A stretch of 50,528 nt of DNA, from NCBI GenBank assembly GCA_964582065.1, contig CAZOQG010000001.1, positions 1 to 50,528 of the forward strand, given 5' to 3'. How positions within the stretch are numbered: the first letter of the stretch is position 1; each line of letters opens with the position of its first letter. This document shows positions 33,762 to 41,944 of the stretch, piece after piece. The notes below the pieces were generated by a model. It made no database searches, was not told where the DNA came from, and saw nothing but the letters and a program-made list of their open reading frames with translations. The stretch is from an uncultured Dehalococcoidales bacterium (GTDB lineage Bacteria; Chloroflexota; Dehalococcoidia; GIF9; UBA5629). Position numbers and translations under genes: made by a program.

Positions 33762-34763
33762 TCAGGACGACGACAACGCAACTTCCAACACGTGTTGGAT
33801 TTCCTCCTCCACCCCTTTTTCAACCTCATTCAGGCGAGCTTTTTCTACCTTCAGCCTCCGTCGAAGCCGGTCAATGGGGTCACGGCGGTTCCAGTGCTGG
33901 TCAGCGGTGATTCGACCAATCAGAGAGCCAACAGTGCCAAGACTGGCAATGCGCTCACCTGGGGACCCTCCTTGTTTTGCCGAGACCGAGCGAAAGAGCG
34001 GTCCGGCTAACTCGCCTAACTGGTTTCGTAGCAGCGGATCACCCAAGAAATGTCCCTCCAGCCGGGGGCAGAGGGCCAGCAAAAAAGTGGGCCCGTTTCC
34101 ATTTCGCGCCCGATCTGCTCCCTGGCCTGCAGCATTCCATACCTCCTCCACGTCTGTCCCGTCCACCTCGAGGGCGGGCATGCCGAAGCTCTTGGCTCGT
34201 TCCACCAGGTTTCCCCCAGTAACACCATGGGAACGGGTGGTAACTGCCCATTCGTTGTCCTTGCAGACAAAGAGCACGGGCAGCTTCCAGGCCACGGCGA
34301 GGTTAATGCTCTCCACCAGCATCCCCTGGTTCATGGCCCCTTCACCGAAAAAGGCCACAGCTAGATTCCCCGGATGGAGGTATTGAACGGCCAGAGCGAA
34401 GCCTGCAGCCGCGGGGCCGGATGAACCCACAATCCCTGAAGAGGCAGCCAGATGCCGAGGAGAAAACAGGTGCATATGTCCACCCATGCCGCAACAGAGG
34501 CCGTCTGCACTACCTAGAAACTCCCGCACAAGAAGTAGGAGGTCGACTCCGCGGACAACGAGTGGAGGCGTGCTGCGGTGGTCGAGGGCCATTGCATCTC
34601 CCTCCTGAAGTTGGCTTACAACACCCGCAGCAATGGCCTCTTCTCCAATTCCTAGGTGCATCTCTCCGGAGATTTTCCCTTGTTCCCACAGGTCCTTGAC
34701 AGACTCCTCAAACCGTCTGCTCCGGAGCATTTGTCGGTAAAGAGACCATAGATCAGGTTCCAT
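33762..34763 (-). CDS. TPP-dependent 2-oxoacid/acetoin dehydrogenase E1 component, alpha subunit
   Basis: RRFEE..., GEMHLGIGEEA, and a TPP-binding segment FFGEGAMNQGMLVESINLAVAWKLPVLFVCKDNEWA (variant of GDG...NN). Confidence 0.9.
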   Translation of the reverse strand: MEPDLWSLYRQMLRSRRFEESVKDLWEQGKISGEMHLGIGEEAIAAGVVSQLQEGDAMALDHRSTPPLVVRGVDLLLLVREFLGSADGLCCGMGGHMHLFSPRHLAASSGIVGSSGPAAAGFALAVQYLHPGNLAVAFFGEGAMNQGMLVESINLAVAWKLPVLFVCKDNEWAVTTRSHGVTGGNLVERAKSFGMPALEVDGTDVEEVWNAAGQGADRARNGNGPTFLLALCPRLEGHFLGDPLLRNQLGELAGPLFRSVSAKQGGSPGERIASLGTVGSLIGRITADQHWNRRDPIDRLRRRLKVEKARLNEVEKGVEEEIQHVLEVALSSS

Positions 34764-34941
34764 ATTCTCCTACCCGGAGTGATAGTCTATGTTGCTGCTA
34801 TTGTATGCTTCTCTTGCCGTAAATGTCTAGCTTCTGTTCCAAACCAGATTGTGCAGTTGCAACGTTGGCTACGAGAACACAGGGATGGCATCGTCACAAT
34901 ATCCGGACCCTGTTCCTTGTTCTCCAGGAACAATCGGCACC

Positions 34942-35802
34942 TCAATCGGCGTAGAAGGCGATGGCGAGAAGGCCCGGCCCGGTGTGAACGCCCATGACGG
35001 GGGTAAACTCGGTAAGATACAGCTCAAGGCAGTTGAACCTCGACTTAATCTCAGCGGCGAGCTTTTCCGCCTCCTCCAACTCATCAGCATGATGCACCAT
35101 GACATGCACTTTGGACTCTCCCATCCTCTGTGCCATTATCTCCAGCATGCGCTCCACGGCCTTTGTCTTGGTTCTGGGGCGTGCCACAGGCGTTGTCTCT
35201 CCTATCGCCGGGGAATGTTCTACAATAGGTTTCATACTTAGTAATGACCCGGCCCAAGCTGCCGCTCTGGCAATACGGCCAAGTCTGGCAAGATAGTATA
35301 GAGTATCCAACATGGCCAGGAAATTAACCTTGCCCATCATGTTTCGTGCCGCCTCAACTGCCTGACCCAAGTTCGCCCCCTGGCTGGCCACACGAGCTGC
35401 CTCGAGGACGATAAACCCCAATGCGCCGGATACAGCTCGGCTATCAAACGCCTCGACAGCAGTATTGGGTAGCTCTTCTTCAGCAATCTCCCTGGCTGCT
35501 GATGCTGCATCGAAGGTCATGCTCTGCAAGCTGGTGAGAGTGATACACAGTATGCTTTCAGCTTCCTGTCCCAACTGGCGGTAGGCATTCAGGAAGTCTC
35601 CCGCTGACGCAGTCGATGTGGTAGGCATATTCTGCCTTTTGCGCATAATCTTGTAGACTTCGCCGGGAGTCATGTCAATCCCGTCGCGGTAGCTCTTACC
35701 TTCATAGATTATTTCAAGGGGTACTACGCAAATATCGTACTGCTCCACGAGTTCCGGCGGCAGACAACATGTGCTGTCAGTGAGGATAGCGACTTTTTTC
35801 AT
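34942..35802 (-). CDS. DegV family fatty-acid-binding protein
   Basis: MKKVAILTDSTCCLPPELVEQYDICVVPLEIIYEGKSYRDGIDMTP. ATG 35802 lies 8 nt behind GGGGGA. The ORF is open from 35811. Confidence 0.85.
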   Translation of the reverse strand: MKKVAILTDSTCCLPPELVEQYDICVVPLEIIYEGKSYRDGIDMTPGEVYKIMRKRQNMPTTSTASAGDFLNAYRQLGQEAESILCITLTSLQSMTFDAASAAREIAEEELPNTAVEAFDSRAVSGALGFIVLEAARVASQGANLGQAVEAARNMMGKVNFLAMLDTLYYLARLGRIARAAAWAGSLLSMKPIVEHSPAIGETTPVARPRTKTKAVERMLEIMAQRMGESKVHVMVHHADELEEAEKLAAEIKSRFNCLELYLTEFTPVMGVHTGPGLLAIAFYAD

Positions 35803-35952
35803 GACGTACATCCCCCAAACAAGTAGTCCGTACTACTTTGCCATACGAGGTAGTCCCTTGTCAATAGAAGGATAGCTTCCCATCGAACCGTGCTTGACGT
35901 TAGAAGAACATGTAGGAACAGATCCAGAGACCTGTCCATAGCGTGACTGTCA

Positions 35953-35975
35953 CCCTGAGAGCAGCGAAGGGTCTC
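35953..35975. repeat. Second copy (inverted) of the REP-like motif seen at 2914-2936
   Basis: CCCTGAGAGCAGCGAAGGGTCTC compared with the reverse complement of 2914-2936 (TCCTGAGCTCAGCGAAGGATCTC). Both copies are intergenic. Confidence 0.45.
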
Positions 35976-36071
35976 AAAGTGGAAATTTAAAAGGTCAGAA
36001 TGTAAGACGCAGAATTTCTTGTGAGACTCACCTGAGAAAGAGAGCAGAAGGCCTAGCCGGGGGCCGGAGGG

Positions 36072-36674
36072 CTACCGTTGATACGTACCTATCAGCCGGC
36101 ATTCGTCAAAGATGTGCCCCTCCATGAAACCGAGCACCTCCTCCTTGGATACACCTACACCCAAGTCCAGGGGCTGGTCCAACACGTACAAAGTGAAGCG
36201 GTAGTGGTGGACAGCGCCCTGCGGTGGACAGGGGCCGAAGTAGCCGACCTTACCGAAGTCGTTCTTCCCTTGCAGAGCTCCGCTTGGCAGTTCGCCCTCC
36301 GGAGGGACGCCTTCCGGTAGCTCCCGCGTATACGGCAGCAGGTTGAAGAGAACCCAATGCGTAAAAGCGCCACCGGGTGCATCAGGGTCATCCATTATCA
36401 GGGCGAGCGAATTGGCCCCTGCCGGCACACCGCTCCAGCCAAGCGGTGGCGAGATGTTCTCACCATCGCAGGTGTACTTGACTGGGATCTTTCCCCCTTC
36501 CTCAAAAGCAGGACTAGACACCGATAACGCCTTCACTCCCCCCTCCGGTAATGGCGGCGCTTCAGGTTCCGGTGGTGCAGCTTCTTCCGGCGGTGCCGCA
36601 GGCTGAGCACAGCCAGCAACAGCCACACCCGTGAGCAGCAACAAGCTCATGAAGATTAGCACAGCTTTTGGCAT
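36072..36674 (-). CDS. YbhB/YbcL (PEBP / Raf-kinase-inhibitor-like) family lipoprotein
   Basis: Lipobox LLTGVAVAGC and SPPLGWSGVPAGANSLALIMDDPDAPGGAFTHWVLFNL. Confidence 0.85.
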   Translation of the reverse strand: MPKAVLIFMSLLLLTGVAVAGCAQPAAPPEEAAPPEPEAPPLPEGGVKALSVSSPAFEEGGKIPVKYTCDGENISPPLGWSGVPAGANSLALIMDDPDAPGGAFTHWVLFNLLPYTRELPEGVPPEGELPSGALQGKNDFGKVGYFGPCPPQGAVHHYRFTLYVLDQPLDLGVGVSKEEVLGFMEGHIFDECRLIGTYQR

Positions 36675-36994
36675 CTCTTGGCACCTCCTTCGTTATTCAG
36701 TGGCAACATAATGTATTCCTATTCGCCATCCGCACTTGAAAAGACTTCGTCACTTGCTGCAATCAACGCAAATCGTATTAGCTCCTCTCGCGGCTGTCAA
36801 GTTTGTAACCTCTGTCTTGGAACACATTAACCCGAATGTGACCGACGCCACAGCTATAGCAGCTTGTCCGCCGACTGTTACTCAGTTATACTGTGAGTCA
36901 GGAACTGAGGGAAAAGGTACTGGTCAGGGACAAATCTAGGAAGACTGGATACGAGAAACGACGATAAGTGTCTAACAATCAAAGGAGGTTATGA

Positions 36995-37588
36995 ATGATT
37001 AACAGAATTGCCATTTCCAAGCCTCAGCCCTTCCCCTTGGTGCTGAAATACAATAACGTTCGCAGCTATGTTCTTACGGCTGCCTTCGTCTCACTGGCTG
37101 TTTTGGTGCCGTGGGTTTTTCACCAATTCCACTTAGCTGGCCCCACCTTCTTGCCCATGCATATCTTTGTATTGATGGCCGGACTATTATTTGGCTGGCG
37201 GGCAGGTCTGGCTGTTGGGCTACTCACCCCTCTTTCCAGCTATGCCGTCTCGCAAATGCCAGTTCTGACCATCCTGCCACAAATATTAATAGAGCTTTCA
37301 GCCTATGGTCTAATAGCCGGGATACTGCGTGAGAAGTACAACCTGCGAGCAATATGGTCATTACTCGGAGCCATGATAGGCGGGCGCTTGGCCCTATTAC
37401 TGGCACTACCAGTTATATACCTTGTTGCGGGAGAAAGCTATAGTCCACTGGGCTTGGAGACAAGTCCTTTTGTTGCCTTTTCATCGGTGATTAAGCAGGG
37501 CTGGCCGGGTATAGTTCTCCAACTGGTTTCGATACCGGCGCTGATTTGGCTAGCGGGAAAACTAGCAGCCAAAAACGGTGAAGAGTGA
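36995..37588 (+). CDS. ECF-transporter S-component-like integral membrane protein
   Basis: 197 aa with about 6 TMS (FLPMHIFVLMAGLLFGWRAGLAVGLLTPLSS). RBS AAAGGAGG upstream. The family assignment is tentative. Confidence 0.6.
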   Translation: MINRIAISKPQPFPLVLKYNNVRSYVLTAAFVSLAVLVPWVFHQFHLAGPTFLPMHIFVLMAGLLFGWRAGLAVGLLTPLSSYAVSQMPVLTILPQILIELSAYGLIAGILREKYNLRAIWSLLGAMIGGRLALLLALPVIYLVAGESYSPLGLETSPFVAFSSVIKQGWPGIVLQLVSIPALIWLAGKLAAKNGEE

Positions 37589-37598
37589 ATAGCTCCAG

Positions 37599-38033
37599 AT
37601 GCACAGGCGCCTATTCAACGAATTCTTGACAGGCGGTAACACCCTTCAAGTATTCGAAGACAACGAGCTAGTCTTTACGTCAAATAAGGACAGATTGCTG
37701 CCGTTGCTTGAATACATAGAGGACTTCGCCCCTTACCACCGAGAGGTAGTAATCTTCGACAAGATTATGGGTCGCGCCGCAGCCTTGCTTTGTGTCAAGG
37801 CAAGTTGCCAGGAGGTTTACAGCCCGCTAGGCAGTCAACTTGCCATCGAGGCACTGGACAAATATGGGATTAAGTATCACCTGACCCAAATTGTGCCTTA
37901 TATCCAAAAGGCCGACCAGAAAGATATGTGTCCCATGGAGAGATTATCGCTGGATAAAGGGCCTGAAGAGTTCTACGAAGCAATCAGAAGCATTGTCAGC
38001 AAGGTGCAAGCAGAGGACTCCGACAAAAATTGA
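37599..38033 (+). CDS. DUF1893 (TM1506-like) domain protein
   Basis: VIFDKIMGRAAALLCVKA...LSQLAIEALDKYGIKYHLTQIVPYIQKADQKDMCPMERL resembles the DUF1893 pattern. Starts 10 nt after the S-component-like gene. Confidence 0.6.
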   Translation: MHRRLFNEFLTGGNTLQVFEDNELVFTSNKDRLLPLLEYIEDFAPYHREVVIFDKIMGRAAALLCVKASCQEVYSPLGSQLAIEALDKYGIKYHLTQIVPYIQKADQKDMCPMERLSLDKGPEEFYEAIRSIVSKVQAEDSDKN

Positions 38034-38120
38034 TGCCTCGCAGCCTACCCGGCTATATCGGCCTGACCAGCCGGCTGTGCACAACCTTGACCTGTGACAT
38101 TCGTTCAGTTTCTCCCGTAT

Positions 38121-38744
38121 TCACTGCCCTGCCTTGATATGTTTGGCGATGATGTCTATAGCTTCAAATAAATCGGGTGTTGGCAGGAAGTAGCTCGTCC
38201 TGATCCTGGTATATTCATACTTTGGCTCAGGGTGAATCGAAATGCCTCCCCTGAGAACATTAATGTCAACCGCCAGCAGCCTGTCCGTCAGACGGTAGTC
38301 GAGGTTAAGCTTCCGGACCAGATAATCATCTCCCTTCCACTCAATACTGGTCACTTTGCCCGAGAAAGCTGCGCTTCTCCTTCTGACCATCATAGTCTTC
38401 TTCTTATTCTCTCTCCCTGTCAAACTAACGCTCCTCACCAGAAAGTCGAGAAAGTAGCGGGCTCCATGCTGGCTGGCCACGCCGATAACGTTTATTGAAT
38501 CTATGTTCCTGTCGGTCAGTTTGATAGCCCCAACTGACTTCTGTCCCCAAGAGCGTTTCCGTCCGACTTTTTCCTGGCCGGTGCTTTCTTCGAGGTGAGA
38601 CGCCTTGACCCCTATCCCCAGAAGATGCTGACAAAGCTCATCAACCTTCTGGGGACCACCCTTCTTTCGGCTCCTGAAAGCCAGAGACAATCCTATAGCT
38701 GCCAGAATCCCAAACAGAATAGGTAAAGCATCGCTCCAGTCCAT
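38121..38744 (-). CDS. Hypothetical protein with a single N-terminal TM anchor
   Basis: MDWSDALPILFGILAAIGLSLAF followed by RSRKKG and a roughly 180-aa soluble domain with no motif I recognise. Co-directional with the upstream beta-helix gene (41-nt gap). Confidence 0.55.
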   Translation of the reverse strand: MDWSDALPILFGILAAIGLSLAFRSRKKGGPQKVDELCQHLLGIGVKASHLEESTGQEKVGRKRSWGQKSVGAIKLTDRNIDSINVIGVASQHGARYFLDFLVRSVSLTGRENKKKTMMVRRRSAAFSGKVTSIEWKGDDYLVRKLNLDYRLTDRLLAVDINVLRGGISIHPEPKYEYTRIRTSYFLPTPDLFEAIDIIAKHIKAGQ

Positions 38745-38785
38745 CCGATGTTCCCTCGTAGATTAGTTAGTTTGAAGTTACCACG

Positions 38786-39940
38786 TTACGCTTCAGCCTG
38801 CAATCTTTTTTCTGAGACCACCACAGCCCCTAGCCCAAAGAGTGCTGTAGCCAGCCCAACCCAAAATCCGAGGAAGGGGATCAGCCTCAGAATACCAAGA
38901 ATGACAAGACCCAAAGCTAGGGCTCCCACCAGCAGGCCTTTAGATTCCATTTCGGTGGACCGCCTGATAATCAACCGCCCAATAAGCAAAGCCACCGGGA
39001 TCTGACTGAGATAGATGGCTATTCCGTACACAGCCAAGGCGATCAAGCCGACAGGTATCCCGATGACCGTGAAACACACGATTATGGCAGCGATAGGGGT
39101 GGCGAATAAAATAACAGCCCCCCAGCCCAGGCTTGGCAGCGGGTACATTCGGATTGAATCCGCCATTGATACTATCCTCCGCGGCATGATGAGTATGATA
39201 ATAATCCCTACCACCAGTATCATCAGGAAAGCCACTACCTTGCCCATGGCCGTAGCGGCTATTCCAGCACCCAGGGCAGCTTTGGCCGGCTCCTCTTCCA
39301 CTGGCTGGTGGGTGGTTGTGCCCCCGACCTGAGCGCCGGACTCGATTTCGGCTTCGTTCTCACTGGTATAGGTAAGGTCGCCTTCAATGTTGGCTGTAGA
39401 TGCCACTGTCAGGTTGTCAACTTCAAGTTCAACGTTCCCCCGCACCCCGTTGGTAATGGTGACTTCGCCGGCACCACCCTTAACATCACCTTCAATGAGT
39501 GCGTCAATACGCACGTTTCCAGCACCGACGAGGAGGTCACCGCCGATTTCGGCCGTGTTGGCGATATTTGCAGCGCTGCAAAAAGCGATCAAGTCACCGC
39601 CAACGTCACCCCTGATGTTGAGCGTTTCTCCCGCCAGCCGAGCAGCATGGGCAACATCACCATTCACATTGATTGTCTCGGCAGCGGCGACAATGCTACC
39701 GTTGACTGTGCCATTAACGGTCACCTCTCTACCCACAGCCCAGAGGTCACCATTAATCGTGCCATCAATGACGATGCTCTCACCGGCTATGTAGAGGTCG
39801 TCATTGATTACTTCCCCGCTGGCAACGGTGATGGTGTCTCCACTGCGAAGGTCAGCCGCCAGAACGGGCGCCGCAGCGAACAATGTCACCGATATGGCAA
39901 CCAAAACGCCGCCGAGCACCGTCAAAAAGCGTTTTGACAT
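38786..39940 (-). CDS. Secreted beta-helix (bactofilin / polymer-forming-cytoskeletal-like repeats) protein with a C-terminal polytopic membrane domain
   Basis: Signal peptide, then about 10 degenerate repeats of the type (I/V)xGDLxxxGxxVx(I/V)xGxVxG, then 4-5 hydrophobic helices (aa ~225-384). Confidence 0.65.
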   Translation of the reverse strand: MSKRFLTVLGGVLVAISVTLFAAAPVLAADLRSGDTITVASGEVINDDLYIAGESIVIDGTINGDLWAVGREVTVNGTVNGSIVAAAETINVNGDVAHAARLAGETLNIRGDVGGDLIAFCSAANIANTAEIGGDLLVGAGNVRIDALIEGDVKGGAGEVTITNGVRGNVELEVDNLTVASTANIEGDLTYTSENEAEIESGAQVGGTTTHQPVEEEPAKAALGAGIAATAMGKVVAFLMILVVGIIIILIMPRRIVSMADSIRMYPLPSLGWGAVILFATPIAAIIVCFTVIGIPVGLIALAVYGIAIYLSQIPVALLIGRLIIRRSTEMESKGLLVGALALGLVILGILRLIPFLGFWVGLATALFGLGAVVVSEKRLQAEA

Positions 39941-39988
39941 AATTCACCTCTCACAAAGAACTTGTTTGGAAAAAACAAAACAGTCCAG

Positions 39989-40426
39989 TTAAGGCAGGGT
40001 AACCTGTGCCGTACCCACGGCTACGTTTTCTCCGTCCTGATTCATCGCCCACAGGTCAAGAGCCACGAAGTCCTGTCCTTTGCCGATAGGGTGTTTCTCG
40101 GTCACGACAGCACCATAGGTACAAGTAGAACCTTCAGGCACAGGCTTAATCAGCTTAACCTCCACTCTCTTCAGCCTGCCGCCTACGGGAAATGCCCAAT
40201 TAGTGATGACGGTGGCCATGAGTGACATAGTCTGATTACCATGCATCACCGTAACGGGCAAGCCAAACACCTGGGCTGTCTTACACCACTCAGGGCTTGT
40301 GTGAACGGGATTATAGTCGAGTGAAGTAACGGCATGTCTCCACATGTCCTCTTGAGTTATGTGTTGCCTGACCTCGGGCAACATATCGCCGCAGTTTACT
40401 GACTCGAAGGTTAGCTTGTCTGCCAT
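39989..40426 (-). CDS. MaoC-like enoyl-CoA hydratase hot-dog protein (small subunit), copy C
   Basis: SLDYNPVHTSPEWCKTAQVFGLPVTVMHGNQTMSLM. Close paralogue of 17168-17608. Confidence 0.8.
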   Translation of the reverse strand: MADKLTFESVNCGDMLPEVRQHITQEDMWRHAVTSLDYNPVHTSPEWCKTAQVFGLPVTVMHGNQTMSLMATVITNWAFPVGGRLKRVEVKLIKPVPEGSTCTYGAVVTEKHPIGKGQDFVALDLWAMNQDGENVAVGTAQVTLP

Positions 40427-40475
40427 CCTGGTTACCTCCTGCTGATAGTTTTCCTACGAAGCTACCGGGGTTGGC

Positions 40476-41054
40476 TCACGCTTCCAGAGCATGTTCCCCT
40501 TTCACGAATCTCAGTACGTCAGCTCTGGACTTGGGCAAAACCAGGGTGATGAAGCCTCTCATCTTTAGCTTGCCATCCTGGTCATGCAGTTCTGATTGAT
40601 ACCTCATGTAGTATTTTCCTCTCTTAATCCACTTGTCGTAGCCCTTCGTCTTAAGAGTAAGGACATCACCCACGCGGATTGGGTCGTACCACTCAATTAT
40701 CTGGCCTGGATTTCTGGACCCTGGAGTTCTAATCCAGCTGCCATGCCCTTTGCCCAAAAGGAAAAAAAGGACCTGCGTAGTAAACATAGGATGAGCAACT
40801 ATCCCATCATAGCCGCATTTCTTGGCGTATTCCTCGTCATAGAACAGAGGGTTGGCATCAGGGACTCCTTCTGCATAGGCCTTCATATCCTCGGCCTTTA
40901 CCTCAAACTTGGTTGGCACTACCGATTCTTTGCCTATTTCTATTTCATCCCAGAATTCGTAGTCGTCTATCTGCTGCCGCTCAAGGAAATCGGCTGAGAA
41001 GATTTTTTGTTTTTCCGTCTTCTGATATTTCGCCATTTCTTCTAGATAACCCAT
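40476..41054 (-). CDS. MaoC-dehydratase N-terminal-type hot-dog protein (large subunit), copy C
   Basis: MGYLEEMAKYQKTEKQK...RFVKGEHALEA. ATG 41054 lies 5 nt behind GGAGG. The ORF-track GTG at 41060 sits inside the RBS. Confidence 0.75.
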   Translation of the reverse strand: MGYLEEMAKYQKTEKQKIFSADFLERQQIDDYEFWDEIEIGKESVVPTKFEVKAEDMKAYAEGVPDANPLFYDEEYAKKCGYDGIVAHPMFTTQVLFFLLGKGHGSWIRTPGSRNPGQIIEWYDPIRVGDVLTLKTKGYDKWIKRGKYYMRYQSELHDQDGKLKMRGFITLVLPKSRADVLRFVKGEHALEA

Positions 41055-41147
41055 TTTCACCTCCTGTTTGATGCCTTGTTAGCATGTTTTGCTCTTGCCT
41101 CCTGGCCGAAGTTGGTTGACCGGCTTTGCAGAGTAGATGTGGTGAGT

Positions 41148-41738
41148 CTAGCGAAGGAAGACACGCACTCTTCTACGCAAGACAAAGCCGGCTATGAGGC
41201 CAAAAATCAGACCACCAAGGTGACCTTGCCAGGCTACATTGGGGAAGAAGGACATAATGATGAAACCTCCAATCACTGCCACCCAGAGAGGCATGGGCAC
41301 AGGTATCGGTATCATGAAAACCCGCAATCTGGGCGTTAGCACAGCAAGTGTCCCACCCAGGGCAAAAATGGCGCCTGAAGCACCAACAACTATGGCGAAG
41401 GGTGACCCTAGAAGCATAAAAAAGATATTGCCCAGTATCCCTCCGAAGAAGTATATGACCAGGAAGCTTCTAGTGCCGATCAGCCCGCTCAAAAACCTGC
41501 CGAAAAAGAAGAGAGTCAACATATTGGCCGCCAGGTGCCAGATGCCACCGTGGACGAAAAGGTTGGTCACGATTGTCCAAGGCATCGCCAAGAAACTCGC
41601 TGGCTGCAATCCGAGGAGAAGTATGAGCTCGTAATCTACAAGACGTGCCACAATGGTGGCTATATATACCAAGAGGCATACAATTATTATGGCCAACACA
41701 GGACTCAGGCCAAAACCTCGATAGCTACTGTATCTCAT
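41148..41738 (-). CDS. Rhomboid family intramembrane serine protease
   Basis: HGGIWHLAANMLTLFFFG, GASGAIFALGG (catalytic Ser) and WQGHLGGLIFG (catalytic His). Confidence 0.85.
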   Translation of the reverse strand: MRYSSYRGFGLSPVLAIIIVCLLVYIATIVARLVDYELILLLGLQPASFLAMPWTIVTNLFVHGGIWHLAANMLTLFFFGRFLSGLIGTRSFLVIYFFGGILGNIFFMLLGSPFAIVVGASGAIFALGGTLAVLTPRLRVFMIPIPVPMPLWVAVIGGFIIMSFFPNVAWQGHLGGLIFGLIAGFVLRRRVRVFLR

Positions 41739-41944
41739 TGTTCTGCATACCTCTTGGCAGAATCTCCAATAGCCTTGCTTTCATATGATAGGCCTGTGGC
41801 TGCCCGGGACTGAGCCCGCTGTGCTGTCTCAAGAGCAGTCTGAAGAGCTTTCTCGGCGACAGGCTCAATACGATACTTCCTGATACTTCGTCGCTCTATT
41901 ATCGCTTGGATGACGTCCGTATCAGTCACCTCCTTGATGCTCAC
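41735..41944 (-). CDS. Small ORF (69 aa) resembling only the N-terminal segment of a nitroreductase
   Basis: VIQAIIERRSIRKYRIEPVAEKALQTALETA. The GTG start overlaps the MBL stop (GTGA) and its stop overlaps the rhomboid start (ATGA). It may be a decayed gene. Confidence 0.3.
   Translation of the reverse strand: MSIKEVTDTDVIQAIIERRSIRKYRIEPVAEKALQTALETAQRAQSRAATGLSYESKAIGDSAKRYAEQ

Noticed and set aside
32883-34700. Multiple plus-strand ORFs of 70-170 aa (e.g. 33874-34386 and 33289-33648).
   Set aside because: All lie antisense within the E1 alpha and E1 beta genes. Their Pro/Arg/Ser-rich composition is typical of shadow frames in GC-rich coding DNA.
36893-36994. A TPP (THI-box) riboswitch upstream of the ECF-S-like gene (CTGAGG and CTGGATA elements).
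   Set aside because: The GGGGTGC / ACCC pairing and the CCTGATCTGGATAATGCCAGCG core are not present. Only short chance-level matches exist.
39015-39992. Plus-strand ORFs of 105-209 aa opposite the beta-helix membrane protein gene.
   Set aside because: They mirror the repeat structure of the minus-strand gene, have no RBS and carry no independent motifs.
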